Origin: Bacteroidia bacterium
Lineage (GTDB): Bacteria; Bacteroidota; Bacteroidia; SpSt-205
Assembly: GCA_025060275.1 (NCBI GenBank)
Contig: JANXCJ010000003.1
Coordinates: 1 to 32,514 of the forward strand
DNA length: 32,514 bases
Reading direction: 5' to 3'
Part shown: positions 9,158 to 18,100 of the stretch, in pieces
Layout of the letters: each line of letters starts with the position of its first letter
Position numbering within the stretch: position 1 is the stretch's first letter
Notes under the pieces: model-generated
The model's database searches: none
Told to the model about the DNA's origin: nothing
Seen by the model: only the letters and a program-made list of their open reading frames with translations
Position numbers and translations under genes: made by a program

Positions 9158-11359
9158 TTAGCGTAAGTATTCCTCTATCTTAGTCTCTTCCTGTTTATCT
9201 TCTTCTGAGGGGGATTGGCAGTCGGGTAGTTTGATTCCTGGGGGAAAGGGAATGCGCCTGCGAGGTAACTTGAGAGAAGTATCTGAATAGGCAGCTTTCA
9301 TATACAATGCCCAAATAGGCATTGCCATCCGTGCTCCTTGTCCATTCACTAAGGAGTAGAAATGTACGGCTCGGTCGGCTGTGCCTACCCACACCCCCGT
9401 TACAAGCTCTGGGGTAAAGCCTACAAACCACCCATCAGCATGGTTTTGCGTAGTACCTGTCTTCCCGCCTATATCTAAATCTGTCAATCCATAACGCCAG
9501 CGCAGCTCACCAGCCGTCCCCGCTATGGTAACCCAACGAAGCATATCCACCATGAGATAAGCAGTTTTCTCGCTTAGAGCCCGGCGACTTGTGCTGGTGA
9601 AGCTTTCTATAAGGTTTCCTCTTCTATCCCTTATTTCTCTTATGAAAATAGGCTCTCGCCAGATACCCAGCGCAGGAAAGCAACCATATGCACTCGTTAG
9701 TTCCAATACACTGAGGTCACATACTCCTAATCCTAAGGCATACACAGCTTCCAGCTCCGACTGAATGCCCATACGACGAGCATACTCCACTACTACCTGC
9801 GGACCTAATGCTTTCATAAGGCGAGCAGTAACAATATTCAGTGAAAGGGCTAACGCTTTTCGGAGCTGTACCTTACCGCCTATTTCTCTGTCGGCATTTC
9901 TCGGGCTCCAAACCGTGTCCCGTCCATCTACGCGCACTGGAATCTCAACTGGCACATTGAGCTCTTCATAACAGGGAGAGTAGCCATTATCCATCGCTGC
10001 TGTATATACGAAAGGCTTGAAGGTAGAACCCACCTGTCGCTTAGCTTGAATCACATGGTCATATTTGAAGTAGGTATGATTGATGCCCCCTACCCAGGCC
10101 TTGATTTCGCCTGTATGGGGGTCTATCGTAACAAGTCCTGCTTCTAAGAAACGCAAATAATAAGCCAAAGAGTCCCACGGCGTGAGTATCGTATCTATGT
10201 ACCCTGGTGGATTCCAAGAAAAAAGGTGCATGCGTACGGGCTGATGGAACTGCTTGTAGATTTCCTTTTCGGGTACGCCTGCACTTTTGGCGACATTGTA
10301 CCTTTCACTCCGGAGCATGGCTCGCCACAGTATGCTTGTATCTTTTTTCCAGGGAAGGGGGCGGCTGCTTAGCTCTTTCTCAAAGACTTTTTGGAATGCT
10401 CTCAGGTGTGCTACCACGGCAGACTCGGCATGCATTTGCAGGCGGCTATCTATGGAGGTGTAGATTTGGAGACCATCTCGGTAGAGATCATAACCTCTTC
10501 CCCTTGCCCACTCTGTAAGCCAACCTCGGAGGTATTCTCGGAAGTAAGGCGCTAATCCCTGGCTTTGACTAGCCGTGTGAGGGGCAGACCCTACACCTAA
10601 AGGTTGACGCCGAGCTATCCTTGCCTCTTCTGCCGTGATGAAGCCGGCTTCTACCATAAGATCCAATACAAGATTGCGTCGGGCCAAGGCACGCTTAGGA
10701 TGCTTGTAAGGGCTGTAGTAAGTGGGTCCTTTCAAAAGCCCTATCAGAAGAGCTGCCTCAGAAAGGGTCAATTGCTGAACATCTTTTCCGAAGTAGAACC
10801 TACTAGCAGCCTGTATTCCGTAGGTTACGCCCCCAAAGGGCACCGTATTTAGATACATCGCGAGGATTTCCTCTTTGCTATAGTGGTATTCCAGGAAAAT
10901 TGCTACAATCATCTCCTTTAGCTTACGGCTGATAGAGCGCTCTACACCTACGGCATCGTAAAGATTGCGAGCAAGCTGTTGTGTAATGGTACTGCCTCCC
11001 CGAGTCCTACCCGAAAGAATAGAGAAAATAGCTCCTACTATACCCAAGGGATCAATTCCAGAATGCTCATAAAAGCGCCTATCCTCTACTGCGATTAGGG
11101 CATTTTTGACTACAGAGGGGATAGCGTTAGCAGGTACTCGCACTCTGTCACTGTTCAGATAAAAGGTTCCTATTATTTTCCCATCAGCGGAATAAACTAC
11201 GCTGGCTAATTCAGGCGTAGGGTCCTCTAATGTACGGAAAGAAGGCATATCTATGAATACATATAGGAAAAGCCCTAAGGGTATTCCCCAAAGGAAAAAG
11301 AGAACAATTCCGATGAGTAAAGCCCTCTCTTTGCGATACTCAGGATTTAACTGCCACAT
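9158..11359 (-). CDS. mrcA: Class A penicillin-binding protein (PBP1A, transglycosylase/transpeptidase)
   Basis: TM anchor. Transglycosylase motifs EDRRFYEHSG, GGSTITQQL, RKLKE and YLN. Transpeptidase motifs STFK, SLN and KTG. Confidence 0.92.
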   Translation of the reverse strand: MWQLNPEYRKERALLIGIVLFFLWGIPLGLFLYVFIDMPSFRTLEDPTPELASVVYSADGKIIGTFYLNSDRVRVPANAIPSVVKNALIAVEDRRFYEHSGIDPLGIVGAIFSILSGRTRGGSTITQQLARNLYDAVGVERSISRKLKEMIVAIFLEYHYSKEEILAMYLNTVPFGGVTYGIQAASRFYFGKDVQQLTLSEAALLIGLLKGPTYYSPYKHPKRALARRNLVLDLMVEAGFITAEEARIARRQPLGVGSAPHTASQSQGLAPYFREYLRGWLTEWARGRGYDLYRDGLQIYTSIDSRLQMHAESAVVAHLRAFQKVFEKELSSRPLPWKKDTSILWRAMLRSERYNVAKSAGVPEKEIYKQFHQPVRMHLFSWNPPGYIDTILTPWDSLAYYLRFLEAGLVTIDPHTGEIKAWVGGINHTYFKYDHVIQAKRQVGSTFKPFVYTAAMDNGYSPCYEELNVPVEIPVRVDGRDTVWSPRNADREIGGKVQLRKALALSLNIVTARLMKALGPQVVVEYARRMGIQSELEAVYALGLGVCDLSVLELTSAYGCFPALGIWREPIFIREIRDRRGNLIESFTSTSRRALSEKTAYLMVDMLRWVTIAGTAGELRWRYGLTDLDIGGKTGTTQNHADGWFVGFTPELVTGVWVGTADRAVHFYSLVNGQGARMAMPIWALYMKAAYSDTSLKLPRRRIPFPPGIKLPDCQSPSEEDKQEETKIEEYLR

Positions 11360-11829
11360 GCTTTACTGAGTAAAGCTGTGGTAGAATAGTTTGGAACTAA
11401 GGGAAGGATGATTACTTCACCCCCCCATTCTCGGACGTATTCACTGCCTACGACTTTGTTAGGCGTGTAGTCTCCTCCTTTTACAAGCACTTGTGGTTGA
11501 ATTCGCTGAATGAGTCGTAGAGGGGTATCCTCATCAAAGACTACTACCGCATCTACGAATTCCAGTGCAGCTAAGAGGCGCGCACGAGATTCCACAGGCT
11601 GTATGGGGCGGCGAGGACCCTTGAGACGCCTCACAGACTCATCACTATTTACTCCTACAATCAATACATCCCCCAGTCGGGAGGCCTCTTCTAAATACTC
11701 CACATGTCCTAAGTGTAAAATGTCAAAACACCCGTTTGTAAAGACAATTTTCTGCTCTAAAAACCGCCAGTAAGCCAGCCATCTCTCTAAGTCCTCTTCA
11801 TTGAGAATTTTCTGTCGCGTTTCGTACAT
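11347..11829 (-). CDS. rfaE2: D-glycero-beta-D-manno-heptose 1-phosphate adenylyltransferase (RfaE domain II / HldC)
   Basis: FTNGCFDILHLGH, GVNSDESVRRLKG.RRP, FDEDTP, KGGDY and YSTT motifs. ATG at 11829 chosen because the longer start would overlap the divergent gene. Confidence 0.9.
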   Translation of the reverse strand: MYETRQKILNEEDLERWLAYWRFLEQKIVFTNGCFDILHLGHVEYLEEASRLGDVLIVGVNSDESVRRLKGPRRPIQPVESRARLLAALEFVDAVVVFDEDTPLRLIQRIQPQVLVKGGDYTPNKVVGSEYVREWGGEVIILPLVPNYSTTALLSKACGS

Positions 11830-11831
11830 TC

Positions 11832-11839
11832 TATTTTTG
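11832..11839 (+). promoter_or_regulatory. -7 promoter element TATTTTTG, 4 nt before the LRR gene GTG
   Basis: Exact TAnnTTTG followed by CAGG-GTG. Confidence 0.55.
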
Positions 11840-11843
11840 CAGG

Positions 11844-12983
11844 GTGCGTGCTTGGGCAAAGGTAGGAATTTTTTTCCCACTTCTTGTTTGGGCGCAAGAG
11901 TACATTCCTACCCGTCTTGTAGTATATGATGAGCTTATAGATCGTTTCTTTCATATTACTCACTGGTCTCTTTCTGGGCAGACGGCTCGTCCAGATACTA
12001 TCCTCTACCTCAAAGTTGCTGAGAATGTACCTCCCCTTCATCGCTTCCCTAACCTTCAAGCCCTTTATCTTTCTGGAGTAGAGGAGCTTGATCTGGATGC
12101 TCTTGTAAAGGAAATCAAGAAGTACTGCCCTAAACTCAGAGCATTAGCTTTAGAGGATTGCGAAATTGTAGATATTTCTCCTCTGGCTCAACTAAATCTA
12201 CAAGGACTGCTGTTAGATCAAAACCCTATCACGGACTTTTCGCCCCTTAGCCGCTTCAAAAATCTTCAGTTTATCAGCTTAGCGCATACGGGTATTCGTG
12301 ATGTGAGTGTACTGGGACAAATTCCTACCTTGCAAGCGATAGACCTGAGTGAAACGCCTGTGGCAGACCTCAGCCCCCTTCGTACTCTCTCTCGGCTACG
12401 AATGCTCGTGCTTTTCCGGTGCAGGGAACTAAAAGACCTAACGCCCTTGCCTAACTTTACAAACTTAGAATTATTAAATATCTCTCATATACATCATAGT
12501 GTAGCTAAAGATATCCTTTTCCAGATAAGCAGACTATCAAACCTGAGGGTCCTACAAGCCCAAGGCGTAATCCAAGACGTGGCTATTTTAGCTGCGATTG
12601 GCACTCTGACGCAGTTAGAGGAGCTTACGATAGGGCAAAATCCTGCTATTCAGGATTTATCTTTTGTGAGGCTTCTTCGTAGGCTCTTATATTTAGATGT
12701 TCATCACTCTTCGGTTCGTGATCTTTCTCCCTTGGCAGGTCTGCCCAACCTTGTGAAGCTCTCCATTGGAAAGAACCAGATCACCTCATTAGCGCCTCTT
12801 AGGCAGTGTCCTAAGCTATCCTATCTATACTGCTATGAGAATCCTATTCAAGACTGGGAGAAGCTCTTAGAAATACCCTCTCTGAGCTATGTGATGTTGA
12901 GCCGAAATGATTTACCGCCCGAACGCCTAAAGTCCCTAAAAGCACAGCTGCAGTGGAAAGGTATCAAGGTGGATATTCCATGA
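11844..12983 (+). CDS. Secreted leucine-rich repeat protein (internalin-like LRRs)
   Basis: Signal peptide ending LVWA|Q. About 13 repeats of LxxLxLxxN/T/C-x-IxDLSPL. Confidence 0.88.
   Translation: MRAWAKVGIFFPLLVWAQEYIPTRLVVYDELIDRFFHITHWSLSGQTARPDTILYLKVAENVPPLHRFPNLQALYLSGVEELDLDALVKEIKKYCPKLRALALEDCEIVDISPLAQLNLQGLLLDQNPITDFSPLSRFKNLQFISLAHTGIRDVSVLGQIPTLQAIDLSETPVADLSPLRTLSRLRMLVLFRCRELKDLTPLPNFTNLELLNISHIHHSVAKDILFQISRLSNLRVLQAQGVIQDVAILAAIGTLTQLEELTIGQNPAIQDLSFVRLLRRLLYLDVHHSSVRDLSPLAGLPNLVKLSIGKNQITSLAPLRQCPKLSYLYCYENPIQDWEKLLEIPSLSYVMLSRNDLPPERLKSLKAQLQWKGIKVDIP
11857..11864 (-). promoter_or_regulatory. -7 promoter element TACCTTTG for rfaE2-PBP1A
   Basis: Exact TAnnTTTG on the minus strand, 27 nt upstream of ATG 11829, lying inside the LRR CDS. 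Confidence 0.55.
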
Positions 12984-13987
12984 GAGAGGAGGAAGAGGAG
13001 ATACCTACTTATGAGCATCATACCTTAGTGGTAGACCCAGGGCAGGCACCTCTTCGTTTGGATCAATATTTAGCACAACGGCTTACGCACTTGAGTCGCT
13101 CTCGTCTGCAGCTTGCGATAGAGGCAGGGCTCATTACGCTGGATGGCAAGCCAGCTAAACCTAGTACTCGAGTAAAGCCCAGTCAGGTCATCGTGGTAAG
13201 GCTTCCTTATCCGCCTCCATTAGAGTTACAGCCTGAGCCTATCCCCCTCACTATTCTTTATGAGGACCCCTACCTTTTAGTGGTAGATAAGCCAGCAGGA
13301 ATGAGCTGCCATCCCGGTGCAGGTGTTTATTCAGGTACCTTACTCAATGCTCTGCTTTTCCATCTCCAAGGGACAAACCTACCTGCCTCTGAAAAGAATC
13401 TCCACCGTCCCGGTCTGGTACATCGTATTGATAAAGATACTACGGGAGTACTGGTAGTAGCTAAAGAAGAGCGTGCCTACATGGGTTTGGCTAGTCAGTT
13501 TTTCTCCCACATAGTTGAAAGACGCTACTATGCACTAGTATGGGGGCATCCCAAGCTGGAGGAAGGTACTATTCGGACCTTCATCGGCAGAGACCCACAC
13601 CAGAGAAAAAAGTACAGAGCCTTTCCTGAAGGAACCCAAGGCAAACTTGCCATTACACACTGGCGCATAATACAGCGCTTCCCTTTAGCTACTTGGATAG
13701 AATGCCGGCTTGAGACGGGGCGCACCCATCAGATTCGGGTACATATGGCTCACATAGGGCATCCCTTAATAGGAGACAAGGTGTATGGAGGTATGCGTCC
13801 TCGTGTGCCTATTCTAAGCCCTCGTTTGGGCCAGCAGGCTCATTATCTTCTCCAGCTCATGCATAGGCAGGCTCTTCACGCAAGGAGCCTCGGTTTCTTT
13901 CATCCTATCACGAAGGAGTGGCTATTTTTTGAGTCTCCCCTTCCTGAAGATTTTGAAAAATCACTGGAATTTTTGAAGTCGCTATAA
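12980..13987 (+). CDS. rluD: RluA-family 23S rRNA pseudouridine synthase (RluD-like)
   Basis: S4 domain (RLDQYL..SRSRLQ), KPAG, HRIDKDTTG catalytic motif, GRTHQIRVH and QALHA. ATGA overlap with the LRR stop. Confidence 0.9.
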   Translation: MREEEEEIPTYEHHTLVVDPGQAPLRLDQYLAQRLTHLSRSRLQLAIEAGLITLDGKPAKPSTRVKPSQVIVVRLPYPPPLELQPEPIPLTILYEDPYLLVVDKPAGMSCHPGAGVYSGTLLNALLFHLQGTNLPASEKNLHRPGLVHRIDKDTTGVLVVAKEERAYMGLASQFFSHIVERRYYALVWGHPKLEEGTIRTFIGRDPHQRKKYRAFPEGTQGKLAITHWRIIQRFPLATWIECRLETGRTHQIRVHMAHIGHPLIGDKVYGGMRPRVPILSPRLGQQAHYLLQLMHRQALHARSLGFFHPITKEWLFFESPLPEDFEKSLEFLKSL

Positions 13988-14044
13988 GACTCCTTAGGAT
14001 AGCTCACCTTTTCTTTCTGGAATCCTTACCCCTACGGCTTTTTT

Positions 14045-14052
14045 TACTTTTG
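14045..14052 (+). promoter_or_regulatory. -7 promoter element TACTTTTG, 4 nt before ATG 14057
   Basis: Exact TAnnTTTG-CGCC-ATG with a T-rich upstream tract. Confidence 0.6.
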
Positions 14053-14056
14053 CGCC

Positions 14057-15268
14057 ATGCCTAAGGTGATGGTAGTGGGTGCGGGCGCAGTAGCCCAGGT
14101 CACCGTATGTAAGCTAGCTCGACGCCCTGATCTATTCCCGGAGATCGTATTAGCTAGTCGCACTTTTGCTAAGTGTCAGAAATTAGCTGAACGCTACCCG
14201 CAGACTCGTATAATCCCCGAAGAGCTGAATGCAGATGATAAAGCCCAAACCCTAAACCTGATAGAAAAACATCGCCCAGTGCTCGTACTAAATCTAGCTC
14301 TTCCTTATCAAGACCTTTCACTTATGGACGCATGCTTGGAAGCGGGTGTAGATTATCTGGATACAGCCTCCTATGAGCCGCCTGAGCTTCCCCTCTATGA
14401 GTACAAGTATCAGTGGGCGTACAAAGAAAAATATGAAAAAGCAGGAATTACTGCCATATTGGGAATAGGCTTTGATCCAGGTGTAACTAATGCCTTTGTA
14501 GCTTATGCAGCGCGACACTTTTTTGATGAGATACACTACTTAGACATTATAGACTGCAACGCGGGGGATCACGGGCTTCCTTTTGCCACAAATTTCAATC
14601 TGGAAATCAACCTAAGGGAGATTACCCAGAATGGACGCTACTATGAAAATGGGAAGCTGATAGAGGTCCCACCTCTCTCTATTTCCCAAGATGTCCGTTT
14701 CCCTGAGATAGGTGTAAGAAAAGCCTATCTTATATTTCATGAAGAGCTGGAGTCCCTGGTGAAAAATTTCCCCACCATTCGTCGGGCCCGCTTCTGGATG
14801 ACTTTTAGTGAGAAATATCTTATGCACCTAAAGGCATTTATGAATGTAGGGCTAACTCGCATTGATGCAATAGATTATGAGGGTCATCCTGTTGTGCCTA
14901 TAAAATTTCTGCAAAAGCTCTTGCCTGATCCTGCTGCGCTCGGGGCGAACTATAAGGGGTGGGTCTCCATTGGTGTGCAGCTGCGAGGTGTATATCAAGG
15001 TCAGCCTCGCACAGCCTTCCTATATACGAATATTCGTCATGAGTGGGCTTATCAGGATTGCGGCTCTCAAGCCGTAGCTTATACGGCTGGGGTCCCGCCT
15101 GCGATAGCCGCAGAGCTTATTGTAACAGGTGCCTGGAAAAAGCCAGGGGTATGGAATGTAGAGGAGCTCCCTCCCGAGCCTCTCTTAGAACTTCTACCTG
15201 CTGCGGGATTGCCTTGGAAAGCTGTGATAGATTATCCTTTAGATTTCATAGATATTCCTCAAGAATGA
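14057..15268 (+). CDS. Saccharopine dehydrogenase family protein, carboxy(nor)spermidine dehydrogenase type
   Basis: GAGAVA Rossmann motif, NLALPYQDL..MDAC, YLDTA.YEP, GFDPGVT, DCNAGDHG.PFATNFN.EINLRE and HEELESL. Confidence 0.85.
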   Translation: MPKVMVVGAGAVAQVTVCKLARRPDLFPEIVLASRTFAKCQKLAERYPQTRIIPEELNADDKAQTLNLIEKHRPVLVLNLALPYQDLSLMDACLEAGVDYLDTASYEPPELPLYEYKYQWAYKEKYEKAGITAILGIGFDPGVTNAFVAYAARHFFDEIHYLDIIDCNAGDHGLPFATNFNLEINLREITQNGRYYENGKLIEVPPLSISQDVRFPEIGVRKAYLIFHEELESLVKNFPTIRRARFWMTFSEKYLMHLKAFMNVGLTRIDAIDYEGHPVVPIKFLQKLLPDPAALGANYKGWVSIGVQLRGVYQGQPRTAFLYTNIRHEWAYQDCGSQAVAYTAGVPPAIAAELIVTGAWKKPGVWNVEELPPEPLLELLPAAGLPWKAVIDYPLDFIDIPQE

Positions 15269-15978
15269 CTCGCCTGAGCGTAAATATTAACAAAGTAGCT
15301 CTTTTGCGGAATTCTCGGGGAGGTAATTTGCCAGACGTAATTGCTTTTGCTCAAACCTGCGAGCGTTTAGGGGCGGATGGGATTACCGTACATCCTCGTC
15401 CTGACGAGAGACATATAAGAAGAGCCGATGTAATAGCGCTTAGAGATGTACTAGGAGTAGAGCTAAATGTAGAGGGCTATCCTTCTCCGGCTTTCCTGGC
15501 TCTTATTCAGCAGGTGAAGCCTACACAGGTTACTTTAGTACCTGATCCACCGCAAGCACTCACCTCCGACAGAGGATGGGATATTATAGGAAATAGAGAG
15601 TTCTTAGTTCCTATACTAATAAAACTGAAGGAATGGCAAGTCAGAGTAAGTCTTTTCATTGATCCTGACCCCTTACAGGTGGAAGCAGCCGCAGAGATAG
15701 GAGCAGATTGTGTGGAGCTTTACACGGGTCCTTATGCCCAGCGGTTCCTCGCTGATCCTGAGGGGGCTATTTCCCCTTATCGTGAAGCTGCTTCTCGGGC
15801 GGCAGCTCTTGGCTTGCGCTTACATGCAGGACATGACTTGAATCTCCTCAATCTTCGTTTCCTTCGGCAAAATTTACCTAACCTAGTGGAGGTATCAATC
15901 GGCCATGCGTTGATAGCTGATGCTCTATATTTGGGAATTGAAGAGACGCTGCGTCGTTATAAGCAAGCGTTGGAATGA
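15265..15978 (+). CDS. pdxJ: Pyridoxine 5'-phosphate synthase
   Basis: LSVNINKVALLRNSRG, ITVHPRPDERHI, NVEG, QVTLVP, ELYTG, AGHDL and EVSIGHALI. ATG 15265 overlaps the upstream stop. Confidence 0.95.
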   Translation: MTRLSVNINKVALLRNSRGGNLPDVIAFAQTCERLGADGITVHPRPDERHIRRADVIALRDVLGVELNVEGYPSPAFLALIQQVKPTQVTLVPDPPQALTSDRGWDIIGNREFLVPILIKLKEWQVRVSLFIDPDPLQVEAAAEIGADCVELYTGPYAQRFLADPEGAISPYREAASRAAALGLRLHAGHDLNLLNLRFLRQNLPNLVEVSIGHALIADALYLGIEETLRRYKQALE

Positions 15979-17087
15979 AGTTTTCTATTCTTATTCGTTT
16001 TGGAATTTCCTTGCTTCTTACAGTCGGTGGTGCTTTAGCCTTGGATGCACTCATACCTCTGCATAAGTGGGGATGGGATATACGAGATTTGATCTATCGT
16101 CGGCTTCCTCCTCAATCACCCGATACGCAGATAGTTATCGTGGATATTGCTAAGCTAAACCGTGCTGCACTCGCCCAGCTTCTCAAGCGATTAGCTATGT
16201 CTGATCCTCTTATTATTGCGATAGATGCAGTTTTTCCCACCCCTCTTTCAGGAGAAGAAGATAGTCTATGGCAAAAAGCTTTGTGTGAAGTTTCAGTGAA
16301 TGTGCCTGTCTGTCTGGCAGCTACACTAGACTTGCGTAAGCCCATAGAAGAAGCGCCTGTTCAATCTGTGAGTATGACTGCTTTCACCCAGTGTGTAGAG
16401 CAGGCGTATGCTAACATGATTACGTATGAACCTTATGCCCCCAAGACGGTGCGTGAATTCATACCTTATACAGTCTCAGACTCAGATACACACTACTCTT
16501 TAGGTTTACGAGTAGCTCTTGCCTTAGACCCCTCTCTTCTTGGGGAGCTTCCGAACCTAATCGGAAAGGTTCCCATTCGTTACTTAGGAAATCTGGAACA
16601 TTTTTACTACCTAAGTGGTGAAGAGGTCCTGCGTGACACTAACTTGCCTAATTGGCTTCAGAATAAGGCACTTTTCTTAGGATTAGTGGACCCCCTAAAA
16701 CTCACGCTGGAGGACATTTTCTTTACTCCCCTCAATGCAGCTTTTCTGCGGCAGGATTTCCCTGATATGTATGGTGTGGTGATTCACGCAAATATTACTT
16801 CTATGCTTCGTCATAGAAGATTTTATGAAATAATCCCTAAGATATGGGCTGTACTTCTCTTAGGTCTTTTTCATCTTTTCTTATTTTTCCTATGTGGGTA
16901 CTTAGAGGGAGCATGGCGATGGGTTAGTATTCGCCTCTCCCAGATTTTAGCTTTCATAGGAACGGTTGAACTTACAATAGAATTAGGTGTCAGGGGGTTC
17001 TGGTTTCCCATAGAATCCCTTTTATGGGGGATAGTAATAGCTGGTGAGCTACTAATATGGCAGCGGCGATGGATGAAATTGGCATAG
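15975..17087 (+). CDS. CHASE2 domain membrane protein with no cytoplasmic output domain
   Basis: N-terminal TM. IVIVDI, R..LAQLL..L, IAIDAVF, EDIFFTP and MYGVVIHANI CHASE2 motifs. Three C-terminal TM helices, then stop. Confidence 0.85.
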   Translation: MKFSILIRFGISLLLTVGGALALDALIPLHKWGWDIRDLIYRRLPPQSPDTQIVIVDIAKLNRAALAQLLKRLAMSDPLIIAIDAVFPTPLSGEEDSLWQKALCEVSVNVPVCLAATLDLRKPIEEAPVQSVSMTAFTQCVEQAYANMITYEPYAPKTVREFIPYTVSDSDTHYSLGLRVALALDPSLLGELPNLIGKVPIRYLGNLEHFYYLSGEEVLRDTNLPNWLQNKALFLGLVDPLKLTLEDIFFTPLNAAFLRQDFPDMYGVVIHANITSMLRHRRFYEIIPKIWAVLLLGLFHLFLFFLCGYLEGAWRWVSIRLSQILAFIGTVELTIELGVRGFWFPIESLLWGIVIAGELLIWQRRWMKLA

Positions 17088-17109
17088 ATTTTGCCCTGGA
17101 ACTTTCCAT

Positions 17110-18027
17110 ATGTGGTCGCTACGAAAACTATCAGCAGTACTTTTGTATGCATTTGCCGCCGTTCTGTGCGGGCAAAATGTAACAATCCTTGCAACTAAAG
17201 GAGATGTCCAAGTAGAGCAGCCTAATGGCACTTGGGTAAAAGCCACAGCAGGGATGAAAGTGAATGAGCAGCAGAAGATTAGAGTAGGCAATCAATCTTA
17301 TGCTGCGCTCGTATTTCCGGGTAATAAAACGCGAGAACTGCGCCAGGCAGGCACCTATGTGTTATCACAACTCCTTGCGCAAAAGTCTAGTGTAGATGAT
17401 AACCCTTATGCGGTTCGTTATACAGGTTATATCCTGAACCAGGCTGTGGCCTCTACCGCAGGTCGTGCGTCTGGAAAGACATTAGGGGCTGTAACTCGTT
17501 CTACTATGGCGCCTGCTCCTCGTACCCCTGCTCAGTCTAGCTTCTATGCAGAAAAGATCGTATTCGCCTGGGACCGAGTGCCTGGCTCAGAGGGATACAT
17601 TGTTCAGATTTTGGATGATACTGGTCAGATTATACACGCTCAAGAAGTAGCAGCAGACCAAACTGCTGTAGAAATTTCTACTCTTGGTAATAAACTCAAA
17701 CCAGGGGTCTGCTACTACTGGCGTGTGAGTACTCGTCGTCATGCTAGTTTGCATTCTACAAATACGTGTTTTCGTATCTTGAGTGCGGATAAAGCCGCAG
17801 CTATAAAGAAGGAGGAAGAAGGGCTGCGCCGGAATATAGACTTGAATACAGCCCTTGGCCAGGCTCTCCTCGGAGCTTTTTATGAGCAAAATGGCCTATA
17901 TGGTTATGCATGGAGCGCCTATAATCAGGCGGTAACCTTGGAGCCAGGAGCAGATGGGTATGTAGCTCTTCGGGATGCGCTTCCTCAGCGCGTAAGCCAG
18001 CAGGCCTCTGTTAGTGTAAGCGAATAA
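17110..18027 (+). CDS. Secreted protein: FecR-like N-terminus, Ig/FnIII-like domain, DUF928/TPR-like C-terminal helices
   Basis: Signal peptide ending LCG|Q. KGDVQV...W..ATAGMKV...IRVG..SYAAL is FecR-like. FAW..VPG..Y.V...LKPG..YYWRV is Ig/FnIII-like. FYEQNGLY..A...Y..AVTLEP is TPR/DUF928-like. Confidence 0.6.
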   Translation: MWSLRKLSAVLLYAFAAVLCGQNVTILATKGDVQVEQPNGTWVKATAGMKVNEQQKIRVGNQSYAALVFPGNKTRELRQAGTYVLSQLLAQKSSVDDNPYAVRYTGYILNQAVASTAGRASGKTLGAVTRSTMAPAPRTPAQSSFYAEKIVFAWDRVPGSEGYIVQILDDTGQIIHAQEVAADQTAVEISTLGNKLKPGVCYYWRVSTRRHASLHSTNTCFRILSADKAAAIKKEEEGLRRNIDLNTALGQALLGAFYEQNGLYGYAWSAYNQAVTLEPGADGYVALRDALPQRVSQQASVSVSE

Positions 18028-18100
18028 ATACAAGATTGTAATGTGGATAGGACAGTGAGTCTCTATGAAGAGACTCACTGTTTTTTTATTTTTTTGTAGG

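Noticed and set aside
15043-15264. 74-aa N-terminal extension of PdxJ
   Set aside because: Overlaps the upstream CDS in another frame. Homology starts at MTRLSVN (15265).
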